Assembly (NCBI RefSeq): GCF_036321535.1
Contig: NC_087437.1
Span: 121,894,001 to 121,958,000 of the forward strand
Direction: 5' to 3'
Source: Camelus dromedarius
Lineage: Eukaryota
Length of the DNA: 64,000 bases
Program-made: the position numbers and the translations under genes
Notes under the pieces: generated by a model
Seen by the model: the letters and a program-made list of their open reading frames with translations, nothing else
Databases searched by the model: none
What the model was told of the DNA's origin: nothing
Shown here: positions 24,680 through 38,740 of the stretch, piece by piece
Layout of the letters: each line of letters starts with the position of its first letter
How positions within the stretch are numbered: the stretch's first letter is position 1

Positions 24680-27600
24680 ATGGTATGATAAAATCTTCAA
24701 CTATGATTGTGGATTTATCTCTTCTCCTTTTTAGTTCTGTTTTTGCTTTGTGTATTTTAAACAGACAGTATTAGTTGCATACCAGCTTAAGGTCTTATGG
24801 CTTCTCGTTGAATTGACCCTTTTATCATTATGAAATGTCCTTTTTCTCTGCTTCTATGTTTCCCTTAAGGTCAGTTTCGTCTGATGGTAAAGTCACCCCA
24901 GCTTCCTTTGCTTAGTGTTTGTGTGGTACAGCGTTTTCTATTTTATGAACCCGACTGCATCCTTACTTTTAAATTATGCTTCTTTTAAAGTGGGTGTAAT
25001 CATTTTAATTGTCTGACAATCTTTCCATTTTAGTTGGAGTGTTTATTTACTTTTAATTTGATTTTTGAAATATTGGGCTTAATTCTACCATCTTATATTT
25101 GTTTTATTTTTGTTCTATCAGTTCTTTGTTCCTTTATTCCCCCTTTCCTGCCTTTATTTGGATTAATCAGGCATTTTTCATTTAATTGTTTTAATCTCCT
25201 AGATTCTTATTTATTCTTCTTATATTATAAAGTTAATGGTTAAGTTAAATCTTAAGTTAAGATTTCAATTACATCATGACTTATTACAGACTACTCTGAT
25301 ATGGTCATACATTTCTGTTTCTATGTATGTTATAAATCCAACATTTTTTCTGTTTTAAGCAGTTAGTATTTAAAAATATTTGTTCATATATTTACCTTTT
25401 CTGATGTTCTTGTATTTGGGAGTATTTCCTTTCAGCCTGAAGAACTAAAGGTATTTTTATAGTGCAGGTCTGTTGATGGCAGATTCTCTTGAGTTTTGCC
25501 TGAGAACAACATGCTTAGTTTCCCTTCGTTTCTGAAAACTATTTCCACTGGGTGTAGAATTCTAGGTTGACAGTTGTTTTATTGAAGCATTTTAAATATG
25601 TCAGCATTTGCAATAGGCTTTTATAGTACTTGTTGAAAAGTCAGCCTTTTGTTGTTTCAAAGAAAAAAATGTGCTTTCTTTGCCTGATATTTTAAGATTC
25701 TCTTTGTGCCTGTACATGCACATGTGTATGTGCATATTTTGTGTTTATCCTACTTGGGGTTCATGGGGCTTTTTGAATTATGCACTGACTCTTTAATAAG
25801 GTTTGAAAATTCTCAGCCATTATTCATTCACATGCTGCTGTTACCCTATTCTTTCCCATTTTCTTTCTGATTACACATATGTGAGACTTTTGACCATGTC
25901 ACATACATCTCTTATGCTCTACACTGTTTTCATTCTTTTTTTATACTCTTTCTCTCTGAACTTCAGTTTTAGATACAAATATCAGAAAGTTTAGATATTT
26001 TTTCTTGGACCTGTCTGAGTTCCTCTAATTGTGTCTTCTGTTCTGGCTACTTTTTTTTTTTTTTTAAACACATTCAACAAGTTCTTAATGGCAGATGTTA
26101 CGATTTTCAATTGTAGAATGTTGATTTGATTACTTTTCTGTAGAGCCCAAGACTGTTGAAATTTTTCATTTTTCATCCATTTGTTCATCTCTTTTGTTTT
26201 TAAACATATTGATCAGTTTTTTCTTATAAAATTCATTGAGGACTGATTTATGTAAAATGCACTTCATCTACTTAAAATGTATAGTTTGACCAGTTCAGAC
26301 AGTTGTGTCCAGTCACGAGACAGAGCATTCCCAACACCCCAAGAGATTCCTTGTGTCCCTTTATGGTCCACTCCTTGCTCACCCCTTGGGTCCCAGAAAA
26401 CACAGTCATTTTAGAGGACTTTGTATTTTGTATTAATGTAATCATACACCACATACTCTTTTTCTATCTGGCTTCTTTCAATTGATGTGATACTTTTGAG
26501 TTTAATTCATGCTGTGGGTATCAGCACAGTGTTGAATAGCAGTGATGTGAGAGGACAACCTTGCCTTGTTGCTAGTCTTAGGAGGAAAGCGTTTAGTATT
26601 TTACCTTTAAGTATGAAGATAGATATTAAGTAGGTTGAAAGAATTCCTGTCCCTGGTTTGTTTAGAATTTTTATCATCAGTGGGTGCTAAATTTTGTTAA
26701 ATGTTTTCTGCATCTGTTGAGATGGTCATCTGGTTTTTCTTCTTTATTCTGTTAATATGTCAATAAAATTACAGGGAATGATGAATGTTACACCAACCTT
26801 GCATTCTTGGGATAAATCTCATTTGGGTGTGATGTTTTATCCTTTTAAAATATTTCTGGATTTCATTTGAGAATGTTTCAAGGATTTTAGTGTCTAGCTA
26901 CATGAGAGGTGGTGGCCCATAGTTTTTTATTCTTATAATGTCTTCATCTGGTTTTGGTATCAAGATAACATTGGCCTCTACACCAGAAATTGATACAACA
27001 TTGTAACCTGACTGAACTTCAATAAAAAAATTAAATAAAAATTTAAAAAAAGATGTTTGCCTCATAAAACGAATTCAGAGTGTTCTCTTCTGTTTTCTGG
27101 AAGAGTTTGTATAATCAGTATTATTTCCTTTATAAATGTTTGGTAGAATTTTATCAGTATAGCCCTCTGATCTTAGAGTTTTTAACTAGGAATTCAATTT
27201 ATATAATCAGTATGGCCCTTTGCAGGTTATTTCTTTCTTTCTGAATGAGCTTTTGTAGTTGTTGTCTTTCAAGGAATTTTACCTATTCTTCTAAGTTGTT
27301 GAATTTATTGGCTAAAGTAGTTCAAGATAATCTTTTATTTTATTGTCTGTAGGATCTGTAGAGATAATTCTTCTTTCATTTTTGATATTGATGATTTGTA
27401 CCTTTATTATTTTTTTATCTTGATCATTATAGCTATGAGTTTATACACATTTATACATTTTGTTTATCTTTTCAAAGAACCGGCTTTTAGCTTGGTTAAT
27501 TTTCTCCATGCCTTTAAAAAATATTGTTGATTTCTGCTCATTATTTGTTTCTTTTGACTTTTTTGGGGTTTACTTTGCTCTCTCTCTTTTTTTTAATTTT

Positions 27601-30600
27601 AGCTTCTTGAGGTGGACTCTAAGCCACTGTTTAGAAACCTCTAGTTTGTCCCTGATCTTGAGAACAGCCTTTGTGGGTTCTTGCTTACATGATCCTATAC
27701 CTCAGCCCTGAAAGTTCAGGCAGTTAAAGATTTTGAGCTTCTGCTACACACTGATGAGTGTACAATCTGGCAAATGACCTGAAGGGGGAGATGGACTGTG
27801 TATTTATTTCAGGCCCTTTTCCTTTAGTGTAACTCAGCCCCTAAACACCTGAAGATGTGGGGAGAGGTGTCAGTCTGTCTTGCTGGCCAGTCCCCTGGCC
27901 TTTTGCACAGTCCCAGAACTCAGCAGTTGTCTGTTGGGGAGAGCAGGTCTTGCATTATACACTCCTTTAGTTTCCAGTCTGTTGCAGGCCTTGAGGTTTC
28001 GAAAAAGCTCTCCTGGTTTTTCTTTCCTCCCATAAAAACCCTTAGCTTGGACCAAGCCTGATTCTTAGCCAGTGTTTAGAATTAGCAGTTTATTTTTAGC
28101 TTATCTAGAAGGGCTCTTCCTTGTGAGGAATTTTAATTCATATAGTCTTCATTGCTTTGATGGTTTTAGAAATACAGTTTTTGAAACTTATCATTAAAAA
28201 AAAATCTTGTTCCATTGGTAGTGTTGGCCTGCTCTGACCCACAACATTCTAATGAAAGGCAGAATCCCCCTCCGTTGGAGTAATTTTATACAATCTAATG
28301 CATCTATTTTAAGTGTACAGGTTAATAAATTTTGATATATATATCTACCACCACAATCAAGCTATAGAGCATCATCCTAAAGGGTTCTGGTGCCCCTTTC
28401 CATTCAGATACTCTTTTGTCACCATTAATAAGATTCCCTTTTTCTAGAATTTCATGCTCTGACTTCTTTCTTGTGTCTGGCTTCTTCGTTCAGTATCTGT
28501 GCTTTTGAGATTAATCCATGTTGTACGGATATATTTTGTTCCTGTTTTACTGCCGAGTATTGTTCCATTGTACAGCATGTTTGTTTAATTGCCTATTGAT
28601 AAACGTTCGGATTGTTTACGGCTTTTGACTGTGATAAATAAAGCTGCTCTGGATACTTGTGTACATGTCTTTGTGTGAGAATGTGTTATCTTTCTCCTGG
28701 GTAAATATACGAGTGGAATGGCTAGGTAGAATGGTCAGTGCTGTGGTAAGTGATTTTACGAGGTTCTACCAAACTGTTTTCGAATGTTGTTGAAGTTGTT
28801 GAGCGATTGTATACTCCTGCAGCCACATGTGACAGTTCCAGTATTGAATCAGTACTTCTTATCGTCAGTCATTCTATTTTGGCCATTCTGCTAGGTGTGT
28901 ATTAGTATCTCATTGTGATTTTAGTTTTTATTTTCCTAAAGACTAATGATAGATATTAGCATCTCATTGTGATCTTAGTTGTTTTCCTGAAGACTAATGA
29001 TGGCAAACTTCTTTTTCATTTGCTTTTTAGCTGTTTGTATGTCTCTGTGATGTATCTGTTGAAGTATTTTGCTATTTTTTAATTGAGCTGGTGTTTCCTT
29101 ATTATTGAGTTACAAAAGTGCTTTGTATATTATGAATACTAGTCCTTTTTCAGATATATGTATGAGAAATGTTTTTTCAAGGAGCAGAATTTTAAAATTT
29201 TGATGAAATATAAATTATTATTTTTCCCTGGATTGGTATATTGTTTTTATTGATGTATCTAAGAAATTCTTCTCTACCCCAAGGTCCAAGAAGAAAGAAT
29301 TTCTTCTTAGTTTTCTTCTAAAATTTCCACAGGTTTAGCTTTTATATTTAGGTTAATCTTTGTGTATGGCGTTAGGTAAGGATTGAGGTTTATATATATA
29401 TATGGATACCCAGTTCTTCTGATGCAGTTGTTGGAAATTATTTCCTTTCTCCATTGGACTGTGTTTGCACCTTTATCAAAAATGAGTTGATTATAATTGC
29501 TTGGGTTTATTTTGAAATTCTCTATTCTTTTCCATTTACATGCCTATCCTTATACTAATATCACACTGTATTGATTATTGGATATCTGAAATCAGGTAAA
29601 CTAAATCCTCCAGCTTTGTTCTTATTTTTCCAAATAGTTGTGACTATTCTAGGTCTTTTAATAAAATTTTAGAATCAGCTTCTCAACTTCTTCCAAATAC
29701 TCTGCTAGGATTTTGATTGAGATTGCTTTGAATCTGTAGGCCAATTCAAGAAGTGACATCTTAAGAGTACTGAATCTTTCAATCAATACATATTGTAATC
29801 TCTCCGTTTATTAAGTGTTTAATTTCTCTCAGCAGTCTTGAAGATCTCAGTATACAGTTCTTACGTGTATTTTGTTAAGTTTATTCCATCAAACATTTCA
29901 TGTTTTTGGATATTACTATAAACGATTGTTTTTAAAAGATTTTAATTTCTAGTTGTTAGCTAGCATATGGAAATACAGTTTGTTTTCGTATTTTGAACTT
30001 ATGTCTTCCACTTAGCCAAAGTCACTTATTTATTTTAATAATCTTTTCCTCCATGGTCTTGTCATCTACAAAGATAGTTTTACTTTCTCTTTTCCAATGT
30101 GTATGCCTTATATTTATTTTCCCCACCTTATTGTCTAGGACCTCTAGTGTAATATTTAATGGAATTGGTGAGAGAGGATGTTTTTGTCTTGTTCTTTATC
30201 TTAGGGGGAAAGCATTCAGTCACTCATCATTAATTATGTTAATGGTAGGTTTTTCGTAGATCCATTTATCAGCTTGAGGAAATTTCTTCTTTTACTCCTA
30301 AATTTTTGAGTTTTTAAATCATGAATGTGTGTTGGATTTTGTCAAATGCTTTTTTTCCATTTAGTGAAATAATCATAGGTTATTTTTCTTTTGTTCTGTT
30401 GATATTTGAATTGCATTTATTGAATTTTGAATGTTAAGCCAACTTTGCATTCCTAGGTTGAACCCCACTTGGTCCTGACAGATTATCTTTTTTTAAAAAT
30501 AAAAATATATCTAGCCATTTTCCTGAGTTTGATTTGCCAGTACTTTTTAAAGGACTTTCATGTCTATGATCATGAGGAAAATTGTTCAGTGGCTTTCTTC

Positions 30601-31120
30601 TCTTGTAATATAGTTGCCTGGTTTTGTCATAGGATAAAGCTGGTCTCATCAAATGTTTTAGGCCGTGTTTCTTCCTCTATTTTTTGAAAGCGTTTGTGTT
30701 GGGTGTATTATTTTTTTCCGTATATTTTTGATAGAATTCATCCAGGCCTCAAATTTCCTTTGTGGGAAGATTTTTAATTAAGATTTTAGCTTTTGAAGCT
30801 TTTCAGATTTTTGTGTCCTGAGTCAGTTTTAGTAATTTGTGTTTTGTAAAGTACTGATTTTTCTAAGTTATTGAGTTCAGTGATATAAAGTTTCTCTTTA
30901 TATTGCATCATTATTCTTTTTATTATTGTAAGGTCTGTAATGATGTCACCTGCTTCACTGAGATTTGTAACATATATTTTCTCTCTTTTTAAAATCAATC
31001 TAGCTAGCAGTTTATCAATTTTATTAATTTTTCAAATATAAGATTTTGCTTTTATTGATTTACTTTCTTTTTTTGGTCTGACTGTACTTTTATTGATTTT
31101 TATAACTGATTTTGTTTTCT
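24680..31120 (-). mobile_element. Cluster of old, nested antisense L1 fragments (L1MC/MD/ME)
   Basis: Repeated antisense ORF2 motifs ('gggaaagcattcagt', 'aactttgcattcctaggttgaaccccacttggtc') and 3'UTR blocks at ~26230-26520 and ~28290-29000. Confidence 0.7.
26979..27050 (+). mobile_element. ~70-bp L1 extreme 3' end with A-tail
   Basis: 'tacaccagaaattgatacaacattgtaacctgactgaacttcaataaaaaaa'; degenerate TSD aagataacattggcctc/aagatgtttgcctc. Confidence 0.8.
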
Positions 31121-31134
31121 TTTTTCTTCAGTTA

Positions 31135-31900
31135 CACTATGGTAAATCCAGTGATCAAGTCTTAGTCTTCATATTGCTTGACCTGTCAGCAGCATCCAGG
31201 CTATTGTTCCCTCTTCCTTAGAACACTTTCTTTATTTGACTTCTGGGACATGTCTCTATTGCAGCTTTTCTTCTAGATTTCTGATTACTTCTTCTCAATA
31301 TCTTTTTGCTTGGCCCTTCCCGTATCCCAGTCTTTATTGGAGAGTCCAGGGCTACATCCTTGGTACTCTTTTCTTTTTACTTCATTCCCTCAGCAGTCTC
31401 ACCTGATTTCATGGCTTTAAATACAACCTGTGCCCTGATGAATCTTAAATATATCTTTCTAGCCCCCAAACTCCAGGCTTATATCCATAAGCATATGTAA
31501 CACTGTCCTTTGGCTGTATCATGAATGTCTCTTTCATCTTATTTGAAAAACGACTCAATCATCATTCCTTGTCGCAGCCTGCTCCTTCCTCAGCTTTCTT
31601 TATATTAATTGATGGTAACTTCATTCTTTCATTTGTCAGGCTAAAACCCTGGGACTCATCTTTGACTTCTTTCTCTCATATCCCGTGTCTAAAATATCTG
31701 CAAATTCTGTCTGCACTTTCTTCACAACACAGTCAGTATCTAAATATTTCTTACCACCTCCACCACTATCACTTTGCTCCCAAGTCACAATTATCTTTCA
31801 TCTAGATAATTTTATTAGCCTTTAACAGATCTTCTTGCTTCAGTTTTTGCCCAGTTACAAGTAATTATTCCCATAGTAGTCAGAATGATCTTTCTAAAAA
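31135..31900 (+). mobile_element. LINE-2 fragment, resumes at ~35150-35340 after the inserted L1
   Basis: 'cttgacctgtcagcagca' (LDLSAA of L2 RT); 'gaatgatctttctaaaa' joins 'gatcatgccatc' on the far side. Confidence 0.75.
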
Positions 31901-31909
31901 TGTTGGTTA

Positions 31910-34900
31910 ACTTCCACTTCTGGGAAGATGGAGTTGATGTACTTTTTTCTATTCTTCCAAGTCCAACTAAAGATCCTGGGTGTTATATACTAAACACACA
32001 TAGACTCTGGAAGATGATGAGAGGAAGATAGGCCAGCTAGGGACCTCAGGACCCAAGAAATGACATAACAGTGAATTCCTTAAGTATTCTTTTTGCCTTG
32101 TATATCAGAGACTTAAGTCTGAGAAGCTAGCAACCAATAAATACTAGTGGGCACAGAAAACAAATGCAACAAAAGCCTGCTCTCTATAGCCAAAAGACCA
32201 AGAAAGAGACAGCTTAGCAAGACAGAAACTTTTAGACCATAACTACTCTACTCCAGCCATTATTTCTTCAAGTACTTTTCCAGCTCTGTTATTTTTCTTC
32301 TCTTCTTTTGGATCTCTGATGGCATGATTGTTAGCTCTTTTGTCATACTGCCACAGGTCTCTGAGCCTCTGGTTAATGTTTTTCAGTCTATTCTCTCTCT
32401 GTTGTTCAGAGTGGGTAATTTTTAAACATTCCGTCTCCTGTTTCATTGATTCTTTCATCTGACTCCTCCTTTTTTTTTTTTTTTTTTTTTTTGCTTTTGA
32501 GCCCATCCATTGAGTTTTTAATTTTGATAATTGTATTTCCCAAAAGATATATAAGGACTGAACAGTTCCCAGTCAATTTTTTAAAGCTAGTATTACCCTT
32601 GTATTCAAGCCATAAAAAGACATTAAAAATACAGACCAGCATCACTTGTGAATATAGGTGGAAAAATCTGCAGCAAAATATTACCAAACAGAGTTTTGCA
32701 ATACATACAAATAATTGTGCACCATAACCAAGTGGAGTTTGTACCAGGGATGCAAGCTTGGTTCAGTATGTGAAAATCAATTTGTGTGATATATCTTATT
32801 AACATAGTAAAGAAGAACACCCAAATGATCACATCACTCAATGTAATGAAATATGTGACAAAATCCAACATCTGATTAAAAACTCTCAGAAAACTAAGAA
32901 TAAAGGCGAAGTTATTCAGCTTGATAAACAGCATCTACACAAACCTACAGCTAATGTTATACTTAATAATGAAAGACTAAATGATTTTTCCCAAAGATCA
33001 GAAATAGGACAAGATGTAGGTTCCTACTTCCTGTGGTCCTGAAAGTTCTATCCTGTGCAATAAAATAAGAAAAGAAAAGGCCTACAGATCAGAAAAGATG
33101 AAATAAAGTTGTACATATCTGCAGATGACACGATTATCTATGTAGAAAATCCCAAGGAATCTACAAAAACAAGACCAAAAAACCACAAATGTAGAACTAA
33201 TAAATGAGTTCTGCAAGGTTGCACAATACAAAACAAACACACAATAATCAATTTTATTTTTGTATACTGTCAATGTACATGTGGACACTAAAATTTAAGA
33301 TGCAATATACTTTCTGAAGAATGAACAAACAAGTAGTTGTAAATCTAACATGACATTTATAGGACTTTATGCTGAAAAATACAAAATCCTGGTGAAAGAA
33401 ATCAAAGTTTATCTAAATAAATGGAGTGACATACCATGTTCATGGATTGGAAAATTCAACACAGTAAAGATGTCTAGTCTTATCAAATTATCATACAGGT
33501 TTAATGCAGTTTCTATTAAAATTGCAGCAAAATTTTTTATAGATATAGACAAGCTAACCCCAAAGTAAATATAGAAAACAAAGGAACCAAAATAATTAAA
33601 ACAGTTTTGAAAAGGAAGAATAAAGTGAGAGGAACCAGTCTGCCCAGTTTCAGAACTAATTTTATAGCCACAGTAATCAAGATGATGTGATATTGTTGGA
33701 AGGATAGACACAGAGGGTAGTGGAACAGTATAGGGAACCCAGTATAGAAAATGGTACAGAAAACCACAGAAGTATGCACAAATAATTTTTGTGAAATTAT
33801 TTTTTCAAGTGATTTTGAGAACTGCAAAAGCAATTCAATGGAGGAAGGATAGCCTTTCCAACAAATGGTACACCCATAGGCAAAAAAATGAACCTCAATC
33901 TATGTTTCACACCTTATACAAAAACTAACTCAAAATAGATCTCAAACTCAAATCTAAAATGTAAAACTATAAAACTTAGGAAAAATATGAGAAAATTTCA
34001 CATTCTAGGGAAAGAGCTGGGCAGAGTTCTTGGACCTAGTACCAAATGTCATTTATAAGAGGAAAATTGATAAATTCGATTTCCTCAAAATTAAAAACTT
34101 TTTCTCTGCAAAACAATCTGTTAAGAGGATGAAAGGACAAGCTACAGAGGAGAAATGTTTGCAAACACATATCTGAGAAAAGACTGATAATGGGCTATAT
34201 GAAGAACTATCAAAACTCAACAGTAAAAAAGTAGATAATACAGTTAGAAACTCTGTGGAGGACGGGAGGCATTTCACCGAGGGAGCTACAGACAGCAGAT
34301 ACGCACATGGAAAGGTGTTCAACATCATTAGTCATTCAGCAAATGTAAATTAAAACCCAGTGAGGTATCGCTGCACATACATCAGAAGGACTAAGATTAA
34401 ACAAATGATGGTGAGGATGTGGAGGAATTGGATCTCATACAGTGTTGAGGCAAGTGTAAAATGATACGACCATTCTGGAAAACAGTTTGGTAGGTCCTTA
34501 TAAAACTAAACTTGTAACTACCACACAACACAGCAATGTATACTCCTGTACATTTATCCCAGAGGAATGAAAACTATGTTCACGGAAAAACCTGTTCACA
34601 AATGTTCATAGTAGGTGTATTTGCAATAGCCACGTGCTGGAAACCACCCAGACGTTCTTCAGTAGATGAATGATTAAACAAGCTATGGCGCATCTGTACC
34701 ACGGAGCACTACGTGGCAATAAAAAGGGCTGACCTACAGACACAGGACGCAACGTGGATGAATCCCCAGAGAATCAGGCTGAGTGAAAAAAGGCAGTCTT
34801 GGAGGTTATCTACTGTATGATTCTGTTTATGTATATAACATTCTTGGAATGAGAAAATTATAGAAATGGAGAACAAATTAGTGGTTGCCAGGGGTTAAGG

Positions 34901-35149
34901 AGGAGATGGGGGTGGGACGGATGTGGTTGTGTCTGTGAAAGTGAAACGTGAGGCATCCTTGTGGGGAAAGAAATGCTCTATATCTTGACTGTGTCAACGT
35001 CAATATCTTGGTGGTGAGATTGTGCTTTCATTTGGCAAGATGTCACTCTTGGGGGACGTGGGCTAAAGTTGCATGGATTATCTCTGTAGTATTTCTACAA
35101 CTGCATATAAATCTACAATTATCTCAAAATGAAAAGTTTAATTAAAAAA
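31910..35149 (+). mobile_element. L1MC1/2-like element: 5'UTR, inverted ORF1 piece, ORF2 3' half, 3'UTR
   Basis: L1MCa-like 5' end 'cttccacttctgggaagatggag'; ORF2 remnants (LNKWSDIPCSWIGKFNTVKMS); 3' end 'ctacaattatctcaaaatgaaaagtttaattaaaaaa'. Confidence 0.85.
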
Positions 35150-35547
35150 CATAGATTAGATCATGCCATCTGCTATCTAACTCTCTGGAGTCTCCTGTGT
35201 CCCTCATAATACAGGGCAGAGTGGTCGTGGGTTTCACATGACCTGGCCTCTGCCTGCTCCCAGACTCACCTCCTGCCAGTCGCCCCAGCTGATGTTAACC
35301 ATGTGGGCATCCTTGCTGTTCCTCAGACACTGAGAACACAGTCAAAATTGAAACTCATTTACTTCCCTTTTTACTTTAGTTTCTTGGAAACTCAGGGTTT
35401 GAGACCAACAGTTTTTAAATTCAAATTTATAGATTGCTACCAGGCCCTTTTCCGGGTGAACAGAATAGATGAAGACCCTGCCCCAAGGAGCTTCACATTG
35501 TTGGGAAAGACAGACACAGTGAACAGGGGTTGTAAGAATGGAGCCAC

Positions 35548-35592
35548 CGGTGTGTTGTGACAGAGGGCGGTGTGTTGTGACAGAGGGCGGTG
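35548..35592. repeat. Tandem duplication of the 20-mer cggtgtgttgtgacagaggg
   Basis: Two exact copies plus a partial third. Confidence 0.9.
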
Positions 35593-36934
35593 CAGCGTGG
35601 GCAGAAGACAGCAATGATCTGTCACGTGTTTCCCACAAAAGAGAATAAGGCACATGATGGTGGGGGAAGCGGGGCCAGGAGCAGGGATTTTTAGAATGCA
35701 AGACGTACTGGTTCTGTTGGCTGCGCTCAGCAAGCTTGCTGGAACCGGAGGCTGCAGGGGCCCCTCCCTGCCCTGTCTGCGCACGCTGCCTCCGACACAG
35801 GCGCCCAGGGGCTCCGAGGGAGAGCTGCCTGCAGCCAGCAGGTAACCGGGCACGGCAGAAGGTAGACGTGGAGACATAAAACACTGTCTCAATGAAGGGC
35901 AATCGTATTTGAAGTAATTTGAAAATGGACAGGAGATTCATAAGGGGAAGTGGGGCTCCGTTTACAGCAGCAGGAGATCGCCTTGTCTGCCGCTTCCTGA
36001 CCCCTGGAAGAACAAGAGCTGCTGCTGGCAGAGTTCCAGAACATGAAAATGTAAAATGGAGATGAATAATCTCTCCTAAATCAATTTTGTGAGCACGTGG
36101 CCTGCACAGGGCTGTGATACAGAGCGGGAGCCCGGCAGAGCACCTCCGTCCGACTCGTGCCTTACGCCAGTGATGTTGCAGATAACCAAATCCTGCTTTC
36201 CTTTGGCTTCAGGGAGCCTGGTTAGTGCTGTTCAGGCAGCTTCCAGGGAGGCTGTCTTGGGGAAGTGCGCCTCCTTTTCTGGTTTGCTGAGCTGGTTGGA
36301 GTCTGTCAGCAGAGCCTCCTGGGCCAGAAGTGGAGAGGCGCCCGGGCCCAGCAGGAAGACCTCCTCGGGCCCTTCTTATTAGCACCTTGTTGCTGTCTGC
36401 GGGGCAAGGTTCTAGGCTTGGCTTCCTGAGTGTAGCACACTCTTGTGTGTTTGGCGTTCTGACATCCTTCCCCACCATCGGCCAGCGCCTCGTTTAACCG
36501 TGGACAGCATGGCTATATTGGCCCCTTAGGCTGCGCAGGGATGTTCCTGTTGGCATTAGTCCCAGCAGTGTCTTGGGATTCAAGGCTCCCCTGGGAGTCT
36601 TGGCGCTTTCCTTTGGTGGCACAGTGAGGCCCGGCCCAGTAGGTAAGGGACCAGCCAGGGCCTGAGCAGGCCTGGCCCCTCACCAGCCGAGGTGCCTGCG
36701 GAGACCTGGGCTGCCAGTCCTGGGCTCACTGGGCTGGACGCTCCCCTCGTGCACATGGAGACAGCAGCCTCTGGGCTGTTGGTGGCTGTTTTCTCTTGAG
36801 GGTCTTAGGGTGACTGAGCACATTTCCACCTTTCAGGGCATTTCAGGTCTTTCTTTGGCTTTGAGGTTGGCAGAGGAAGTGCCTACCAGTGTGGCCCCAC
36901 GCTGGGGCATCCCAACTGCGGCTGCCGCAACCCG

Positions 36935-37113
36935 GGAGTCTGCAGGCGCTTTCTATGGAGGTCCACAATGGTGAGTATTTTATGTGTGTGGGCCACACGT
37001 GGGCTCTGTCTTCCATTCTTTTCTTTTTTTCTCAACCTTTTAAAATCATAGAAACCATTCTCAGTTCTCAGGTTGTACAGACACGGGCTGTGGGCAGTGT
37101 TTGCTGACCGTTG
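36935..37113. mobile_element. MER58-like hAT-Charlie MITE
   Basis: 'gtgagtattttatgtgtgtgggccacac', 'aaccttttaaaatcatagaaaccattctcagttctcagg...gtttgctgacc'. Confidence 0.6.
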
Positions 37114-37386
37114 CCATAGCCCGGGAGGCAGAGCTGAAGTGTCAGCTGGGCCTCGGGTTCACTATTTTGGTCCGCTTGAAGGTGAGCGTGCTGGGACAGA
37201 GCACTGTGCGTGTACGTGGGCAGTTATGTCATTGTGAGCACCAGTCTGTCTGTCTGTCTTAGAGACTCCTCCACATTCAGGACACCCAGTCACCGCCCCA
37301 TGACGTTAGCGGTGTTGTGTCCTAGGAAACCCACCTCACTCCTGCAAAATGGTGGTTGTAAAGAATCTCAGCACATCTTGCTCCTG

Positions 37387-37540
37387 GAGCAGCTTCTCCA
37401 CCCTGACGGCACAGGAAAGTCACAGGGGACTTTTGCAGAAACACAGTGCGCGGCCCCCAGCCCCGGAGGTCAGGCCTTGGAGTGCTGGGGGTGCGTTTAT
37501 TGATCCTGCTGTTTCCGGCCTGGGGCCCCGACGACTGGTT
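37387..37540. mobile_element. Degenerate MER5A-like MITE
   Basis: 'cagcttctccaccctgacggcacaggaaagtcacaggggacttttg'. Confidence 0.45.
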
Positions 37541-38614
37541 TTCTCCTGGTCAGGGTCACACACGCTGGTGTGTGAGTTCATTATTGCCCCTGTTGCTGGC
37601 TTTCCTCCCCCCACCGCGTCCCTCCCCACATGCAGTAAATGCTCTAGAAGGAGGGGAGGTTTTGGCTTCATCAGCAATTGCTGGTTCAGTTAGCACAAAT
37701 CCCAGATGGCACAGAAGGGCCTTTTAGCAGCTTAGGTTAAGAAGCTCTCGGCTGATGGAGGCGGCGGCGCTGGTCACGCGGACACGCAGGGCTGAGCCCA
37801 CTGGCTCCCGGAAGTCGTCAGAGACACCTGTGCCTTGCTGTTCCTTTTCCTCTTCAGTTTGACTTTGCTCCAGTCCCCAGTGAGACTCACTTCTAGGAAT
37901 ACGGTATTTGTTTATTTAAAAAAATCAATACTTAGCTCTGCAAACTTTGATCAAAGGAGAAAGTGCTCAGAGGGAGGTCGGTGGAAAAGGCGACAGGAAA
38001 ATCTCCTGGTTATGGGCTTTGTCAGCACGCTGCTTTTCCCCCGTTTTTACAACTTTTATTTCCAGACCCTTGAAGCAGCCTCTGTTTGCCCTCCATGCTG
38101 ACTCAGTGTGCACACAGGTTATTAATAGCAGGAGTGGGAAAGGAAGAATGCTTTCTATTCTGAAATGTTCCCTGAAAGAAACCTTAGAATTGAAAGACTT
38201 TTTTTGGTCTCTAGGGCCCTGGGCCAGTGCGTCTCAGACCTGACTGTGCACGTGAATGCCGGGGTCCCTAACCACGTGGGCTGCGGCCTGGTCGGTGTGA
38301 GGCCTGGGGGTCTTCCTTCCACGTGGGCCCCTCCGGCCCCTCTGGCCCTCCGGGAGAGGCCCCGGTCAGGGCTCCCGAGCCATCTTTGAGGCCTGATCAG
38401 ACTGGTGGCCGAGGGCAGCTGATGAGTCCAGGTTGTGCGAGTAGGAGCACGGTATCCGGAGTGTGGAGATGCTGCCCCTCCAGGCCCCGCCCCGCCCCGC
38501 TGTGTGCTGCCTGCGAGCAGGCTGGACAGGCGCGTGCAGGCAGGTGACAGGTCGGGGATGCCGTGTGCTCCGCGGGCTGCCCCACGGTGCTGTCGCAGCC
38601 CTGGACGCTGGCTG

Positions 38615-38740
38615 CTCACAGGTGAGGAGGCTGCTGAGGTTCACTAGCATCAAGGAGCTCGCCCAAGGTCGTTCTGCTAGTGCAGGTGTCAGGATTCAGC
38701 CCCGGCCTCTCCAACGGCAGAGCCTGGTCCTGCTTCACCG
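38615..38740 (-). mobile_element. MIR fragment
   Basis: 'acaggtgaggaggctgctgagg...ctcgcccaaggtc...aggattcagcccc'. Confidence 0.6.
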
